Counted from the stretch's first letter, positions 28,067-39,178 are shown. The stretch: 53,216 bases of DNA from an uncultured Ruminococcus sp. (GCA_947176075.1 CAMWPG010000001.1:1-53216), one strand, 5' to 3'. A program made the numbers and translations. Notes: generated by a model not told the origin, from the sequence alone.

Positions 28067-29351
28067 ATACTGGCTGTGGCTGATTATGGTTTTTGGTGCA
28101 GGCAATCCTAAAATATGGACAGTCATTCATGTTTCTAAGACGCCTAAGAGAGCATATTATATCTTACAGGATGAAAATCAGAGACAGAGATTTGATCTGA
28201 CTGAAGTTCAGAAAAGGGCTGCTTGCAGCATTACTCTTGATAAGGTTAGGGCGGTTTTGGAAAACTGTGAAAAGAAGAATATCTCTGTTACATATTTCGG
28301 AGACAGCGTTTATCCTTCGGGTCTTAAATCTATATATAATCCTCCTGCCGTTCTGTTTTACCAGGGCAATATAGAAATTTTAGAGGAATATCCTACACTT
28401 ACGGTCGTCGGAACAAGAAAGCCTACGGAATACAGCGTTCGTGTGGCGAATTGGATATGCAGCGAGCTTGCACAGGCAGGAGTTGTTATAGTAAGCGGCT
28501 TTGCGATAGGGCTTGATTCTACTGCTCACCGTGCAGCGCTTCTTTCAAGAGGCAAAACAGTGGCTGTACTTGGCTGTGGAATAGATGTCGATTATCCAAG
28601 AGATAATGCGGGCGCTAAAAAGTACATAATAAAAAATGGGCTTCTTCTTACGGAATTTTTACCGGGAACAGAACCCTTTCCAAGAAATTTTCCGATTAGA
28701 AACAGAATACTTTCTGGAATAAGCAGAAGTACGCTGATAGTTCAAGCTCCTGAAAGAAGCGGTTCTCTTATTACCGCAAATCTTGCACTTGAACAGGGAA
28801 AGACAGTTTATTGCGTTCCCCCGGCAGATATATTTGACAACAGGTATGCAGGTGTGGTAAAATATCTGCGGGACGGTGCGACACCGGTGTTTAGTCATCT
28901 GGATATATTAAACGAATACTACGCCGAGTTTGCACATAAACTAAAGCCGTCCATTTTATTTGAAACATCTAATAGTATGGATGATTCTGTTTTCTTCGGT
29001 ACTGATGAAAATGAAGATAAAAAGACGAGGACATCTTCAAAGAAAAAAAGCTCTGATGAAAATGAAGATCCTTCTGAAAATAATGATATAAAAAAAGAGA
29101 AAAAAGAAGAAAATGTAGCAGATAAGATGCAGCAGGAATCTTCCGGCGATATGAAAATAAAGGATTTTTCAGCGCTTAACGGTATTGAGCTTGATATAGC
29201 AGTGCTTTTGTCTCAGGAGCATCAGATGCATATAGATGCTATAGTCGAGAGATTGGGTGCCGATGAAAATGAAGTAGCTTCTGCGCTTACAGAGCTTATC
29301 ATAGAGGGCTATGTGTTCAGATTTACAGGACAATGCTACGGAATCCTTTAG
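28053..29351 (+). CDS. dprA: DNA-processing protein DprA
   Basis: VVGTR, VSGFAIGLD, FPIRNRILSG, SGSLITA; precedes topA. Confidence 0.93.
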   Translation: MEMLEYWLWLIMVFGAGNPKIWTVIHVSKTPKRAYYILQDENQRQRFDLTEVQKRAACSITLDKVRAVLENCEKKNISVTYFGDSVYPSGLKSIYNPPAVLFYQGNIEILEEYPTLTVVGTRKPTEYSVRVANWICSELAQAGVVIVSGFAIGLDSTAHRAALLSRGKTVAVLGCGIDVDYPRDNAGAKKYIIKNGLLLTEFLPGTEPFPRNFPIRNRILSGISRSTLIVQAPERSGSLITANLALEQGKTVYCVPPADIFDNRYAGVVKYLRDGATPVFSHLDILNEYYAEFAHKLKPSILFETSNSMDDSVFFGTDENEDKKTRTSSKKKSSDENEDPSENNDIKKEKKEENVADKMQQESSGDMKIKDFSALNGIELDIAVLLSQEHQMHIDAIVERLGADENEVASALTELIIEGYVFRFTGQCYGIL

Positions 29352-29393
29352 AAAGGAGTCAGCTTCGCATGATAATGCGGAGCCGTGTGAAAT

Positions 29394-31487
29394 ATGTCAA
29401 ATCTTGTTATAGTTGAGTCGCCTGCAAAGGCAAAAACCATACAGAAGTATCTGGGTAAAGATTACGATGTTATTGCTTCAATGGGGCATATCCGTGATCT
29501 GCCTAAGTCTAAATTTGGTGTGGATGTGGAAAATGGATTCCAGCCTCAGTATATTGATATGAAAGGCAAGGAGGATGTTATAAAGCAGCTTAAAGCTCAT
29601 GCAAAAAAATCAAGCCGTGTATATCTTGCAACTGACCCCGATCGTGAAGGCGAGGCGATATCATGGCATATCGCTCAGATGCTTAATCTCGACATGGAAG
29701 ATAATAATCGTGTTGAATTTAATGAGATCACAAAAAGCGGCGTTCAGACCGGTATGGCAAATCCTCATAAAATAGATATAGATCTTGTAAATGCTCAGCA
29801 GGCAAGAAGAATATTCGACAGAATAGTTGGATATAAGCTCAGCCCGTTTCTCTGGAAAAAAGTTCGCCGTGGATTGTCAGCAGGTCGTGTACAGTCTGTA
29901 GCTGTACGTCTTGTAGTGGACAGGGAAAATGAAATAAGAGCATTTGTGCCGCAGGAATACTGGTCTATTGATGCTAAGCTTTCCGCCGGTTCATCAAGAA
30001 AGATTTTTTCTGCTAAGCTAACAGCAGTTGACGGAAATCGTGTGGATAAGACGGAGATCAGCACAAAGGAGGAGTCAGATGCACTCCTTGCAAGACTAAA
30101 TGAAGCGGAATTTAAAGTCTCTAAAGTCAAAAAGCGTATAACAAAAAAACATCCGGCAGCGCCTTTCATTACATCTACTCTTCAACAGGATGCATCTTAT
30201 AAGCTGGGCTTTCAGTCCAAGCGTACAATGAAGGTTGCGCAGGAACTGTATGAGGGCGTTGAAGTAGACGGAATGGGAGCAATGGGTCTTATCACATATA
30301 TGAGAACTGACAGCCTGCGTATTTCTGATGAGGCAGGCGCTGCTGCAACAGATTATATTCGCAGCACATATGGTGAGACTTATGTTCCGGCTGAAAAACG
30401 CATATATAAATCAAAGAAAAATGCACAGGACGCTCATGAAGCAATTCGTCCGTCTATGCCGTCGCTTACACCTGCAAGGCTGAAAACAAGTCTTACATCA
30501 GATCAGTTTAAGCTCTATAAGCTTATTTGGGAGAGATTTATTGCAAGTCAGATGGCAGATGCAGAGCTTGATACCGTTTCTGTTGATATAATGGCAGACG
30601 GATGCCTTTTTAAAGCAAGCGGTTCAACAGTTCGCTTTGACGGATTCACAGTGCTTTATGAGGAATCAAAGGATACAAAAAGCGAGAATAAGAATCTTCC
30701 GGAGATAAATGAGGGAAATATCCTGAAAGTACGCTCGCTTGAGGGAAATCAGCATTTCACACAGCCGCCTGCACGTTTTACCGAAGCATCGCTTATTAAA
30801 ACTCTTGAAGAAAATGGTATAGGCAGACCGAGCACCTATGCTCCGACTATAACGACTATAATATCAAGACTTTATGTTGAGCGTGAGGGAAAAACGCTGA
30901 AGCCAACAGTTCTTGGAGAGGTAACGACAGATCTCATGAAGGAGCATTTTCATAATATAGTTGATGCTGCATTTACAGCAAAGATGGAAAGTGATCTTGA
31001 CGAGGTAGAGCAGGGACAGCGTAACTGGGTAAGCACTCTTGATGAATTTTACGGTGATTTTTCAAAGACTCTTTCAGAAGCAGAGAATAAGATGGAGGGA
31101 AAGAGAGTTAAGGTGCCCGATGAGGAAACGGACGTTGTTTGTGAGATGTGCGGAAGAAATATGGTCATAAAAATCGGCAGATTTGGCAGATTTCTTGCTT
31201 GTCCGGGTTTCCCGGAATGTACAAATACAAAGAAAATAGTGCAGGAAACTCCCGGTACTTGTCCTCAATGCGGCGGAAAGATAATACTCAAAAAATCTAA
31301 GCGTGGAAGAAGCTTTTACGGCTGTGCAAATTATCCTGAATGCGGTTTTATGACGTGGAATGTTCCTCTGGAGGAAAAATGTCCTCAGTGCGGCTCAACT
31401 CTTTTCCAGAAAGGCGGCAAATCCGGATATAAGGTATGTGAAAAGCAAGGCTGTGGCTATAACAGACCGGTTGGCGGCGGAGAATGA
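29394..31487 (+). CDS. topA: DNA topoisomerase I
   Basis: IVESPAKAK, DPDREGE, SAGRVQS, ITYMRTD, C-terminal Zn ribbons. Confidence 0.97.
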   Translation: MSNLVIVESPAKAKTIQKYLGKDYDVIASMGHIRDLPKSKFGVDVENGFQPQYIDMKGKEDVIKQLKAHAKKSSRVYLATDPDREGEAISWHIAQMLNLDMEDNNRVEFNEITKSGVQTGMANPHKIDIDLVNAQQARRIFDRIVGYKLSPFLWKKVRRGLSAGRVQSVAVRLVVDRENEIRAFVPQEYWSIDAKLSAGSSRKIFSAKLTAVDGNRVDKTEISTKEESDALLARLNEAEFKVSKVKKRITKKHPAAPFITSTLQQDASYKLGFQSKRTMKVAQELYEGVEVDGMGAMGLITYMRTDSLRISDEAGAAATDYIRSTYGETYVPAEKRIYKSKKNAQDAHEAIRPSMPSLTPARLKTSLTSDQFKLYKLIWERFIASQMADAELDTVSVDIMADGCLFKASGSTVRFDGFTVLYEESKDTKSENKNLPEINEGNILKVRSLEGNQHFTQPPARFTEASLIKTLEENGIGRPSTYAPTITTIISRLYVEREGKTLKPTVLGEVTTDLMKEHFHNIVDAAFTAKMESDLDEVEQGQRNWVSTLDEFYGDFSKTLSEAENKMEGKRVKVPDEETDVVCEMCGRNMVIKIGRFGRFLACPGFPECTNTKKIVQETPGTCPQCGGKIILKKSKRGRSFYGCANYPECGFMTWNVPLEEKCPQCGSTLFQKGGKSGYKVCEKQGCGYNRPVGGGE

Positions 31488-31491
31488 TAAT

Positions 31492-32811
31492 ATGTACAGT
31501 AATCAGAATATTTCAGTTATAGGCGGAGGTCTTGCCGGATGTGAGGCTGCATGGCAGCTTGCACAGGCAGGCTTTCCTGTAACTATATATGAGATGAAGC
31601 CGCTGAAATTTACACCGGCTCATCATTACAAGGGACTTTCGGAGCTTGTCTGCTCCAATTCCCTTAAAGCAGATCGTCTTGCGTCTGCGGCAGGACTTCT
31701 TAAAGCTGAGATGGAGAGGATGGGCTCTCTTCTCATTCCATGTGCAAGAAAGGTATCTGTTCCGGCAGGCGGTGCGCTTGCTGTAGATCGTGAGCTTTTT
31801 TCCGATATGGTAACGGATAAGATAGTATCTCATCCTCTTATAAGCATTTCAACGGAAGAGATAAAAAAGCTTCCTGCATCACCCGCTATTGTAGCAAGCG
31901 GTCCGCTTACTGCGGCAGAGCTTGCTGAAAGTATTGAAGAAAAATGCGGTCAGAGATTAAGCTTTTTTGATGCAGCCGCACCTATAGTGACATATGATAG
32001 CCTTGATAAGAATATAATTTTCTTTGCATCACGTTATGACAGAGGAGATGCTGACTATATCAATTGTCCCATGAACAAGGAAGAGTATCTTGCATTTTAC
32101 GAAGCTCTTATAAATGCACAGCGTGCGCCGCTAAGTGAATTTGACAAGGATATCTTCCGTGTCTATGAGGGATGTATGCCTATAGAGGTACTGGCATCCA
32201 GAGGAGAAGATACAATGCGGTTCGGACCTCTGAAGCCTGTAGGACTTACAGATCCACGTACAGGCAGACGCCCTTATGCAGTAGTACAACTCAGACGTGA
32301 AAACAATCACGGTACATTATTCAATCTTGTAGGTTTTCAGACGAATCTTAAATTCCCGGAGCAGAAAAGGGTATTTTCAATGATACCTGGGCTTGCAAAC
32401 GCTGAATTTATGCGATTTGGCGTAATGCACAGAAATTCATTCCTTGACAGTCCAAGACTTCTTGATGCCGACTATTCAATGAGAAATGATCCGCTTCTTT
32501 TCTTTGCAGGACAGATCACAGGAGTAGAGGGTTATATAGAATCAGCTGCCAGCGGAATAATGGCAGGCAGAAATCTTGCAAGAAAGCTCTCAGGAAAAGA
32601 ACCGCTTATTCTGCCTCGTGAAACAATGATCGGAGCACTTGCTGCATACATAAGTGATAAAGATGTTAATGATTTTCAGCCTATGGGCTGTAATATGGGA
32701 ATACTTCCTGAGCTGTCTGAACGTATACGGGATAAAAAGGCAAAATATCAAGCGTATGCAGACAGAGCTTTAAAAGCTTTGGAAAAATATCTATCAGAAA
32801 AGGAAGGGTGA
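31492..32811 (+). CDS. trmFO: tRNA (uracil-54)-methyltransferase TrmFO
   Basis: GGGLAGCEAA, ELVCSNS, GQITGVEGY. Confidence 0.95.
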   Translation: MYSNQNISVIGGGLAGCEAAWQLAQAGFPVTIYEMKPLKFTPAHHYKGLSELVCSNSLKADRLASAAGLLKAEMERMGSLLIPCARKVSVPAGGALAVDRELFSDMVTDKIVSHPLISISTEEIKKLPASPAIVASGPLTAAELAESIEEKCGQRLSFFDAAAPIVTYDSLDKNIIFFASRYDRGDADYINCPMNKEEYLAFYEALINAQRAPLSEFDKDIFRVYEGCMPIEVLASRGEDTMRFGPLKPVGLTDPRTGRRPYAVVQLRRENNHGTLFNLVGFQTNLKFPEQKRVFSMIPGLANAEFMRFGVMHRNSFLDSPRLLDADYSMRNDPLLFFAGQITGVEGYIESAASGIMAGRNLARKLSGKEPLILPRETMIGALAAYISDKDVNDFQPMGCNMGILPELSERIRDKKAKYQAYADRALKALEKYLSEKEG

Positions 32812-32819
32812 CAATATAG

Positions 32820-33815
32820 GTGAATATTATTGTGGACGCTTTTGGCGGAGATAATGCTCCGCTTGAGGTCATAAAAGGCGGAGCAATGGCAGCACGTGAT
32901 CTGGATGTAAAGATAACTCTTGTCGGAGATGAAGCTGTTATACGCAAATGTGCAAAGGAAAATAATATTTCTCTTGAAGAGATAGAACTTATCCATGCAG
33001 CAAAGTCGTTTGATATACATGAAGAACCAGTTTCTCTTATAAAACAGCATAAGGACAGCTCAATGGCTGTCGGAATGCAGGCACTTAGTCATGAAAAAGG
33101 AGATGCCTTTGTATCAGCAGGCAGCAGCGGTGCATTGGTGGTTGGCTCAACATTTATTGTAAAGCGTATAAAGGGAATAAAACGTGTAGCGCTTGCTCCT
33201 ATAATGCCTACTGCAAATAAGCCTTTTATTCTTCTTGACGGAGGTGCGAATAACGACTGCCGCCCTGAGATGCTGGTACAATTTGCAATTATGGGAAGCG
33301 CATATATGGAGCGTGTGATGGGAATAAAAAATCCTGTAGTAAAGCTTCTGAATATAGGTGCTGAAGAGACTAAGGGAAGAGATTTTGATATAGAAAGCTA
33401 TAGGCTTCTTGAAAATGCTCCTGTAAATTTCTGCGGCAATGCAGAGGCAAGAGAGCTTCCGTTTGGTACAGCGGATGTTATAGTGGCAGACGGCTTTACA
33501 GGAAATGTTGCCCTGAAGCTTTATGAAGGCATGGGAAAATTCATGGCAAGCGAGCTTAAACATAATATATTTGCAGGCTCAGGAAAGCTTGCAGCTCTTC
33601 TTGTTATGAGTAAAATAAAGAAGCTTTCACGTAAGCTTGATTATAAATCCGTTGGAGGTGCACTTATGATAGGTGCGTCTAAACCGATAATAAAGGCACA
33701 TGGCAGCTCAGATGCCAAAGCATTTTATAATGCCATCCGTCAGGCGAGAGATTGTGTTAAGGGTAATATGATCGCTGCAATTTCAGAAACCGTTTGCAGT
33801 TTACAGAAAGGTTGA
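32820..33815 (+). CDS. plsX: Phosphate acyltransferase PlsX
   Basis: DAFGGDNAP, LLNIGAEETKG, DGFTGN, KAHGSS. Confidence 0.95.
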   Translation: MNIIVDAFGGDNAPLEVIKGGAMAARDLDVKITLVGDEAVIRKCAKENNISLEEIELIHAAKSFDIHEEPVSLIKQHKDSSMAVGMQALSHEKGDAFVSAGSSGALVVGSTFIVKRIKGIKRVALAPIMPTANKPFILLDGGANNDCRPEMLVQFAIMGSAYMERVMGIKNPVVKLLNIGAEETKGRDFDIESYRLLENAPVNFCGNAEARELPFGTADVIVADGFTGNVALKLYEGMGKFMASELKHNIFAGSGKLAALLVMSKIKKLSRKLDYKSVGGALMIGASKPIIKAHGSSDAKAFYNAIRQARDCVKGNMIAAISETVCSLQKG

Positions 33816-33823
33816 TGTAAATA

Positions 33824-34534
33824 ATGGAACAATCGTGTTATGAAGAACTGAGCCGTTTTGAAAAGTATATTAATTATAATTTTAAGAATAAGCAGCTGCT
33901 TGAGGAGGCATTGTCACATTCTTCATATGCAAATGAAAAGAAAAAATGCCGGTGCAGCAATGAGCGGCTTGAATTTTTAGGTGACAGCGTTTTGTCTATC
34001 ATAGTATCGGATTATCTTTTCAATAATTATAAAGATATGCCGGAAGGTGAGCTTACAAAGCTGAGAGCTTCTCTTGTATGCGAAAAGGCACTTCATGTGT
34101 TTGCAAAGGAGATTCATATTGGTGAATTCATTCTTCTTGGAAAGGGCGAGGAGAATACAGGCGGCAGAGAACGCTCATCTATACTTGCAGATGCCTTTGA
34201 AGCTGTTATCGCTGCTATTTATATTGACGGCGGAATGAGTTCAGCGGAAAAGCACGTTCTTAGATTTATTACTAAGCATGTAGAGAAAAGCAGTAAGATT
34301 TGTTTCCGTGATTATAAAACAGTGCTTCAGGAGATCGTTCAAAAAAATCCTGAGGAGAAGGTCGAGTATGTTCTTGCAGGAGAATGCGGTCCAGATCATG
34401 ACAAGGCATTTACTGTAAATGTATGTCTCAATTCAAACGTTATCGGTACAGGTATCGGAAAGAGCAAGAAAGCAGCTGAGCAGATGGCTGCACGTGAAGC
34501 TCTTATGCTTATGGGCTATGAAGAAACACTCTAA
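33824..34534 (+). CDS. rnc: Ribonuclease III
   Basis: NERLEFLGDSVL, DAFEA, dsRBD DYKTVLQE. Confidence 0.97.
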   Translation: MEQSCYEELSRFEKYINYNFKNKQLLEEALSHSSYANEKKKCRCSNERLEFLGDSVLSIIVSDYLFNNYKDMPEGELTKLRASLVCEKALHVFAKEIHIGEFILLGKGEENTGGRERSSILADAFEAVIAAIYIDGGMSSAEKHVLRFITKHVEKSSKICFRDYKTVLQEIVQKNPEEKVEYVLAGECGPDHDKAFTVNVCLNSNVIGTGIGKSKKAAEQMAAREALMLMGYEETL

Positions 34535-35627
34535 TCTTGCATTTTTTATTCCGCATATGGGCTGTCCGAATATGTGCAGCTTCTGCGATCAAAGGGCTAT
34601 AAGTGGAGAGACGCACTTGCCAAAGCCGTCTGAAATAGCTGCGCAGTGCAGGGAAAGTCTCGAGAGCGGTATTGATGGGAAAAACTCTGAGATAGCATTT
34701 TTCGGCGGAAGCTTTACGGCGATCCCTCTAAAAGAGATGATGGCATATCTTGAAGCGGTTCAGCCTTTTTTAGGAGAAAATGGTTTTTCAGGTATACGCA
34801 TTTCAACAAGGCCTGATGCGCTTCCTGAGAATATACTTCTCCTGCTTAAAGAATATGGTGTTACTGCGATAGAGCTTGGTGCTCAGAGTATGTCTGACAG
34901 GGTTCTTATGCTTAACCGCAGAGGACACAGCTCAAAGGATATAATAAATGCGTCAAAGCGTATAAAGCTGCACGGATTTTCACTCGGACTGCAAATGATG
35001 TATGGTCTCTATGGCAGTACGAGTGATGACGAAAAATATACTCTGTCTGAATGCATAAAGCTTATGCCTGATACAATGCGTCTTTATCCTACTGTTGTTT
35101 TGGATGGAACGAAACTGGGAGAGCTTTATAAAAGCGGTGAATATATTCTGCCGTCATGGGAGGATATGCTATCCTTTACAGCTTATGCGATATGCCGTCT
35201 GAGACAGGAGAATATTGCTTTGATAAGATGCGGACTTCATGCTGAACGAAATATGGAAAGTCGTATACTCGGCGGATTTTATCATCCGTCACTCAAAGAG
35301 ATCGCACTTTCAAGGCTCTACCTTGAAAAAATGCTTTATTGGGCTGAGCGTAATAATGACATTTTAAAGTGCAGAGAAAAGGGAAGCTTTGTTCTCATAG
35401 AAACAGCTGCCGGTAAAGCAGGTCTTGCAGCCGGTCATAATAAAGAAAACAAGAAACGTTTTTCTGAAAATGCTTATGGTGTGGGCATCAAAATAGAAGA
35501 AAACAGGGATTTTCTTGAGGAAATGCTAAGGCTGTCCTTTTTTAGCAGAAAGGGATGCAGCATGACAGAAACACTTGGAGAGGAAGTGTACGATGTATTT
35601 AAAATCACTGGAGCTTCAGGGATTTAA
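34518..35627 (+). CDS. Radical SAM protein (Elp3/YhcC-like)
   Basis: GCPNMCSFC, FFGGSFT, STRPD, ELGAQS. Confidence 0.85.
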   Translation: MKKHSNLAFFIPHMGCPNMCSFCDQRAISGETHLPKPSEIAAQCRESLESGIDGKNSEIAFFGGSFTAIPLKEMMAYLEAVQPFLGENGFSGIRISTRPDALPENILLLLKEYGVTAIELGAQSMSDRVLMLNRRGHSSKDIINASKRIKLHGFSLGLQMMYGLYGSTSDDEKYTLSECIKLMPDTMRLYPTVVLDGTKLGELYKSGEYILPSWEDMLSFTAYAICRLRQENIALIRCGLHAERNMESRILGGFYHPSLKEIALSRLYLEKMLYWAERNNDILKCREKGSFVLIETAAGKAGLAAGHNKENKKRFSENAYGVGIKIEENRDFLEEMLRLSFFSRKGCSMTETLGEEVYDVFKITGASGI

Positions 35628-38600
35628 GTCTTTTCCGGATAAAATAAAGCTGAATTTTGACTCAGGTCTTACGGCTGTAGTAGGTCCGAACGGCAGCGGA
35701 AAGAGTAATATCGGTGATGCAGTAAGATGGGTGCTGGGAGAGCAGTCCACTAAAACACTGCGTGGCAGCAAGATGGAGGATGTTATTTTTTCCGGTACTA
35801 AGCAGCGGAAGCCTACAGGTTTTGCGGCAGTCACTCTGAATATTGACAATCACTTGGGAATTCTCGGCGATGAATATGGCGAAGAGGTCAGTGTTACCAG
35901 AAAGCTGTACCGCAGCGGAGAAAGTGAATATCGCATAAACGGCAAGTCAGTCCGGCTTAAAGATGTAAATGAGCTGTTTATGGATACAGGCATGGGACGT
36001 GACGGCTATTCGATCATAGGACAGGGGCGAATTGCAGAGATTGTCGGTGCAAAAAGTGCAGACAGACGAGATATATTTGAAGAAGCCGCAGGTGTTTCAA
36101 AATTCAGATACAAAAAGGAAGAAGCACAGAGACGTCTTGCAAGCGCAGAGGATAATCTTTCAAGACTGCGTGATATTGCAGCTGAGCTTGAAGGAAGAGT
36201 TGAGCCGCTGCGCATTCAATCAGAAAAGGCGAAAAAATTTCTGGTTCTTGCACAGGAGCAGAAACAGCTTGAGGTTTCTCTTTGGGTGCATCAGTCTGAT
36301 TCACTCCGAAAAAGACTTGATGCGCTGTCCGATGAGCTTCTTGAAGCTAAGGCTCAATATGAAAACATTGAAAGAGAGCTTAATGATGCTGAGATAAAGA
36401 TACAAGACGGCTATAGACGCTTGCAGGAAAGCAGCATCCGGATAGAATCGCTTCGTGAGGAGATACGAAGAGCGGATGAGGAGGCATCGCAGCTTACTGC
36501 GGCGCTGGCGGTTTGTGAAAACGATGTGGAGCATGCTCTTGTAAATTCAGGAATACTTGAAGCTCAGGCAAAAGAAATATCAGGTCAGTCTGATACGGCT
36601 GTGAAATATATAAGCGAGCTTCTTGCACGTGAAGAGAAGCTTCACAGGCAGGAGATAACACTTCGTGTTGAATCAGAGCAGCTGCAGCATGATTGGGAAA
36701 GATTGGAGGAAAAGTCTGCAAAACTTGGTAAAGGCTTTGATGAAACAGGTCAAAAGTTGCAAGCTCTTTATGTAAAGCAGGGGCAGTGTCGTATAAAAAG
36801 TGAGACACTTATACGGCAGCACGAGGAGTATAATGCACAGCTTACTACAGGCAGTATGCGTATGGCAGCCATTGCGGAGGAAAAGAAAAACCAGGAGGAG
36901 CAGACAAAAAGATGGGAAATTGATTTAAAAAATGCCAAGACAGGCTTGCTGAAGCTAAGAGAAAGCTTTGAGCAGCAGCAGGAGCTGTGCGGCAATGTTC
37001 TCCGGCAGACAGATGCGCTTAAAACCGAAGGAAATCAGATAGCATTTTCTATACGTGAAAAGCAGCAGCGTAAGAAGCTTCTTATAGATATGGAGCATAA
37101 CATGGAGGGCTTTGCAGGCAGTGTAAAGGCAATTTTGCGTGCAGACGGCGGAAAGCCGGCAGGAGTTCACGGAACAGTCGCACAGTGCATTGAAACGGAC
37201 AAAAGATGCGGAATTGCTATTGAAACAGCTCTTGGCGGTTCAATGCAGAATCTCATAGTAGACGATGAGTCAGCCGCTAAGAAATGGATCGGATTTCTTG
37301 CGCAGCATCGTGCAGGACGAGCCACGTTTTTACCTGTCACATCTGTTCGTGGCAAGGCTATGGAGGAGTACGGTCTTGAAAACGAACCCGGTTTTGTTGA
37401 CTATGCCTATAAGCTTGTCAGATATTCTCCTGTTCATGAGGGAATAGTCCGTTCGCTTCTTGGTAGGATCGTTGTTGCAGAGAATCTGGACTTCGCTTCG
37501 AATATTGCAAAAAAATACGGCTACAGATTCAGAATAGTTACTCTTGATGGTCAAGTCGTCAATGCAGGCGGATCGTTTACCGGCGGTTCTGCGCAGAGAA
37601 GCGGCGGTATGCTCACAAGAAAGACAGAGATAAACTTTCTTGTTAAGGAGATAGAAGAGCTTAATAAACGTCGAGAGGAAAATGCACAGAAGCTTTCCGA
37701 GGCGGAAAAGTCAACTGAACAGATGCAGGAGACTATAGAAAGGCTACGCTGCGAGTGTATGACCGCAGAGTCAGATCAGCTTCGTGCAAAGGCAGAGTAT
37801 GACAAGCAAAAGTATCTGCTGGAGCAGATCGTTATAAGGCAATCTGAGCTGGAGAAGCAATATATAGAGCTGAGCGAAAAGGCTGCTGCTGCTAAGAGTG
37901 AATATGAAATTATTGTTAAAGAGCTTTCAGAAGTAGAAACGCAGATAAATACAGCCCAGCTTAATATGGAAGAAACTCAAGGCAAACGTGACAGCCTCAG
38001 GAGCGAGCAGAGTACATTAGCTGAAAAACGAGCGCAGATGCGCATTCAGACGGCGGCTCTTGAAAAGGATATGGACGCATTGCACAGAGATCTTAGCAGT
38101 GCAGAAGATCGGCAGAAAACAGCCAAGGAAAGAGCTATCCGTATAAGGGACGAGCTTTCTGCCAATCATAAGCTTATTGCTGACAAAAGAGCAGAAGCAG
38201 ACAACGCAAGGCGCAGAATTGGAAAACTTGAAGAAAAACGTACAAAGGCATCACAGGAAGTGCAGCAGTGGATAAAAACCCACGATGCAGAGCAGCAGCT
38301 TATACGTCAAGTGCAGGACGGAATGAAAGCGACAAATGCCGCAAAGGAAAAGTATGCAGGCATTGTAACACGTCTGGAAGAGAGAAAGATCTCATTTCAG
38401 AGCGAATATGACAATATCATACGTCGGCTTCTTGAACAGTACGAGCTTACACGCACCGAGGCAGCTGCAATTGCCAAGCCGCTTGAGGATGTTTCAGCAT
38501 CTCAGCGTGATCTTTCGTCATTAAAGGGAAGGATACGCAGTCTTGGCAGTGTAAATGTTGCGGCTATTGAAGAATACAAGGAGGTTTCAGAACGCTGGAG

Positions 38601-39156
38601 ATTCCTCACGGCACAGATGAAGGATGCGGAAAATGCAAAGAGCGAGCTGCTTAAACTTATCTCAGACCTTACTGAGGAAATGCAGCGTATATTCTCAGAA
38701 AGCTTTGCAGAGATAAACAGAAATTTCAAGGAGATATTTGTTGATCTGTTTGGCGGAGGAGAGGCCGATCTCACACTTTCAGATCCTGATAATGTCCTTG
38801 AATCCGGAATAGATATACACGTAGCGCCGCCTGGAAAGGTCATTAAAAATCTTATATCTCTTTCAGGCGGAGAACAGTCATTTGTTGCTATTGCGATCTA
38901 TTTTGCGATACTCAGGCTTCGTCCGTCGCCATTTTGTATTCTTGACGAGATAGATGCTGCTCTTGACGAGGGAAATGTCCGCAAGTATGCACAGTATCTT
39001 CATCATTTTACAAATACTACTCAGTTTATTCTTGTAACTCACAGAAGAAGTGCTATGGAAGAGGCAAAGGTGCTGTATGGTGTCACGATGCAGGAAAGCG
39101 GAGTATCTAAGCTTTTGCGTATGGAGCAGGACGAATTTGAAGCGGAAACATCATAA
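35593..39156 (+). CDS. smc: Chromosome segregation protein SMC
   Basis: GPNGSGKSN, hinge GRATFLP, LSGGE, LDEIDAALD. Confidence 0.97.
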   Translation: MYLKSLELQGFKSFPDKIKLNFDSGLTAVVGPNGSGKSNIGDAVRWVLGEQSTKTLRGSKMEDVIFSGTKQRKPTGFAAVTLNIDNHLGILGDEYGEEVSVTRKLYRSGESEYRINGKSVRLKDVNELFMDTGMGRDGYSIIGQGRIAEIVGAKSADRRDIFEEAAGVSKFRYKKEEAQRRLASAEDNLSRLRDIAAELEGRVEPLRIQSEKAKKFLVLAQEQKQLEVSLWVHQSDSLRKRLDALSDELLEAKAQYENIERELNDAEIKIQDGYRRLQESSIRIESLREEIRRADEEASQLTAALAVCENDVEHALVNSGILEAQAKEISGQSDTAVKYISELLAREEKLHRQEITLRVESEQLQHDWERLEEKSAKLGKGFDETGQKLQALYVKQGQCRIKSETLIRQHEEYNAQLTTGSMRMAAIAEEKKNQEEQTKRWEIDLKNAKTGLLKLRESFEQQQELCGNVLRQTDALKTEGNQIAFSIREKQQRKKLLIDMEHNMEGFAGSVKAILRADGGKPAGVHGTVAQCIETDKRCGIAIETALGGSMQNLIVDDESAAKKWIGFLAQHRAGRATFLPVTSVRGKAMEEYGLENEPGFVDYAYKLVRYSPVHEGIVRSLLGRIVVAENLDFASNIAKKYGYRFRIVTLDGQVVNAGGSFTGGSAQRSGGMLTRKTEINFLVKEIEELNKRREENAQKLSEAEKSTEQMQETIERLRCECMTAESDQLRAKAEYDKQKYLLEQIVIRQSELEKQYIELSEKAAAAKSEYEIIVKELSEVETQINTAQLNMEETQGKRDSLRSEQSTLAEKRAQMRIQTAALEKDMDALHRDLSSAEDRQKTAKERAIRIRDELSANHKLIADKRAEADNARRRIGKLEEKRTKASQEVQQWIKTHDAEQQLIRQVQDGMKATNAAKEKYAGIVTRLEERKISFQSEYDNIIRRLLEQYELTRTEAAAIAKPLEDVSASQRDLSSLKGRIRSLGSVNVAAIEEYKEVSERWRFLTAQMKDAENAKSELLKLISDLTEEMQRIFSESFAEINRNFKEIFVDLFGGGEADLTLSDPDNVLESGIDIHVAPPGKVIKNLISLSGGEQSFVAIAIYFAILRLRPSPFCILDEIDAALDEGNVRKYAQYLHHFTNTTQFILVTHRRSAMEEAKVLYGVTMQESGVSKLLRMEQDEFEAETS

Positions 39157-39178
39157 CTGACAGAAGGGAAGTATATTT

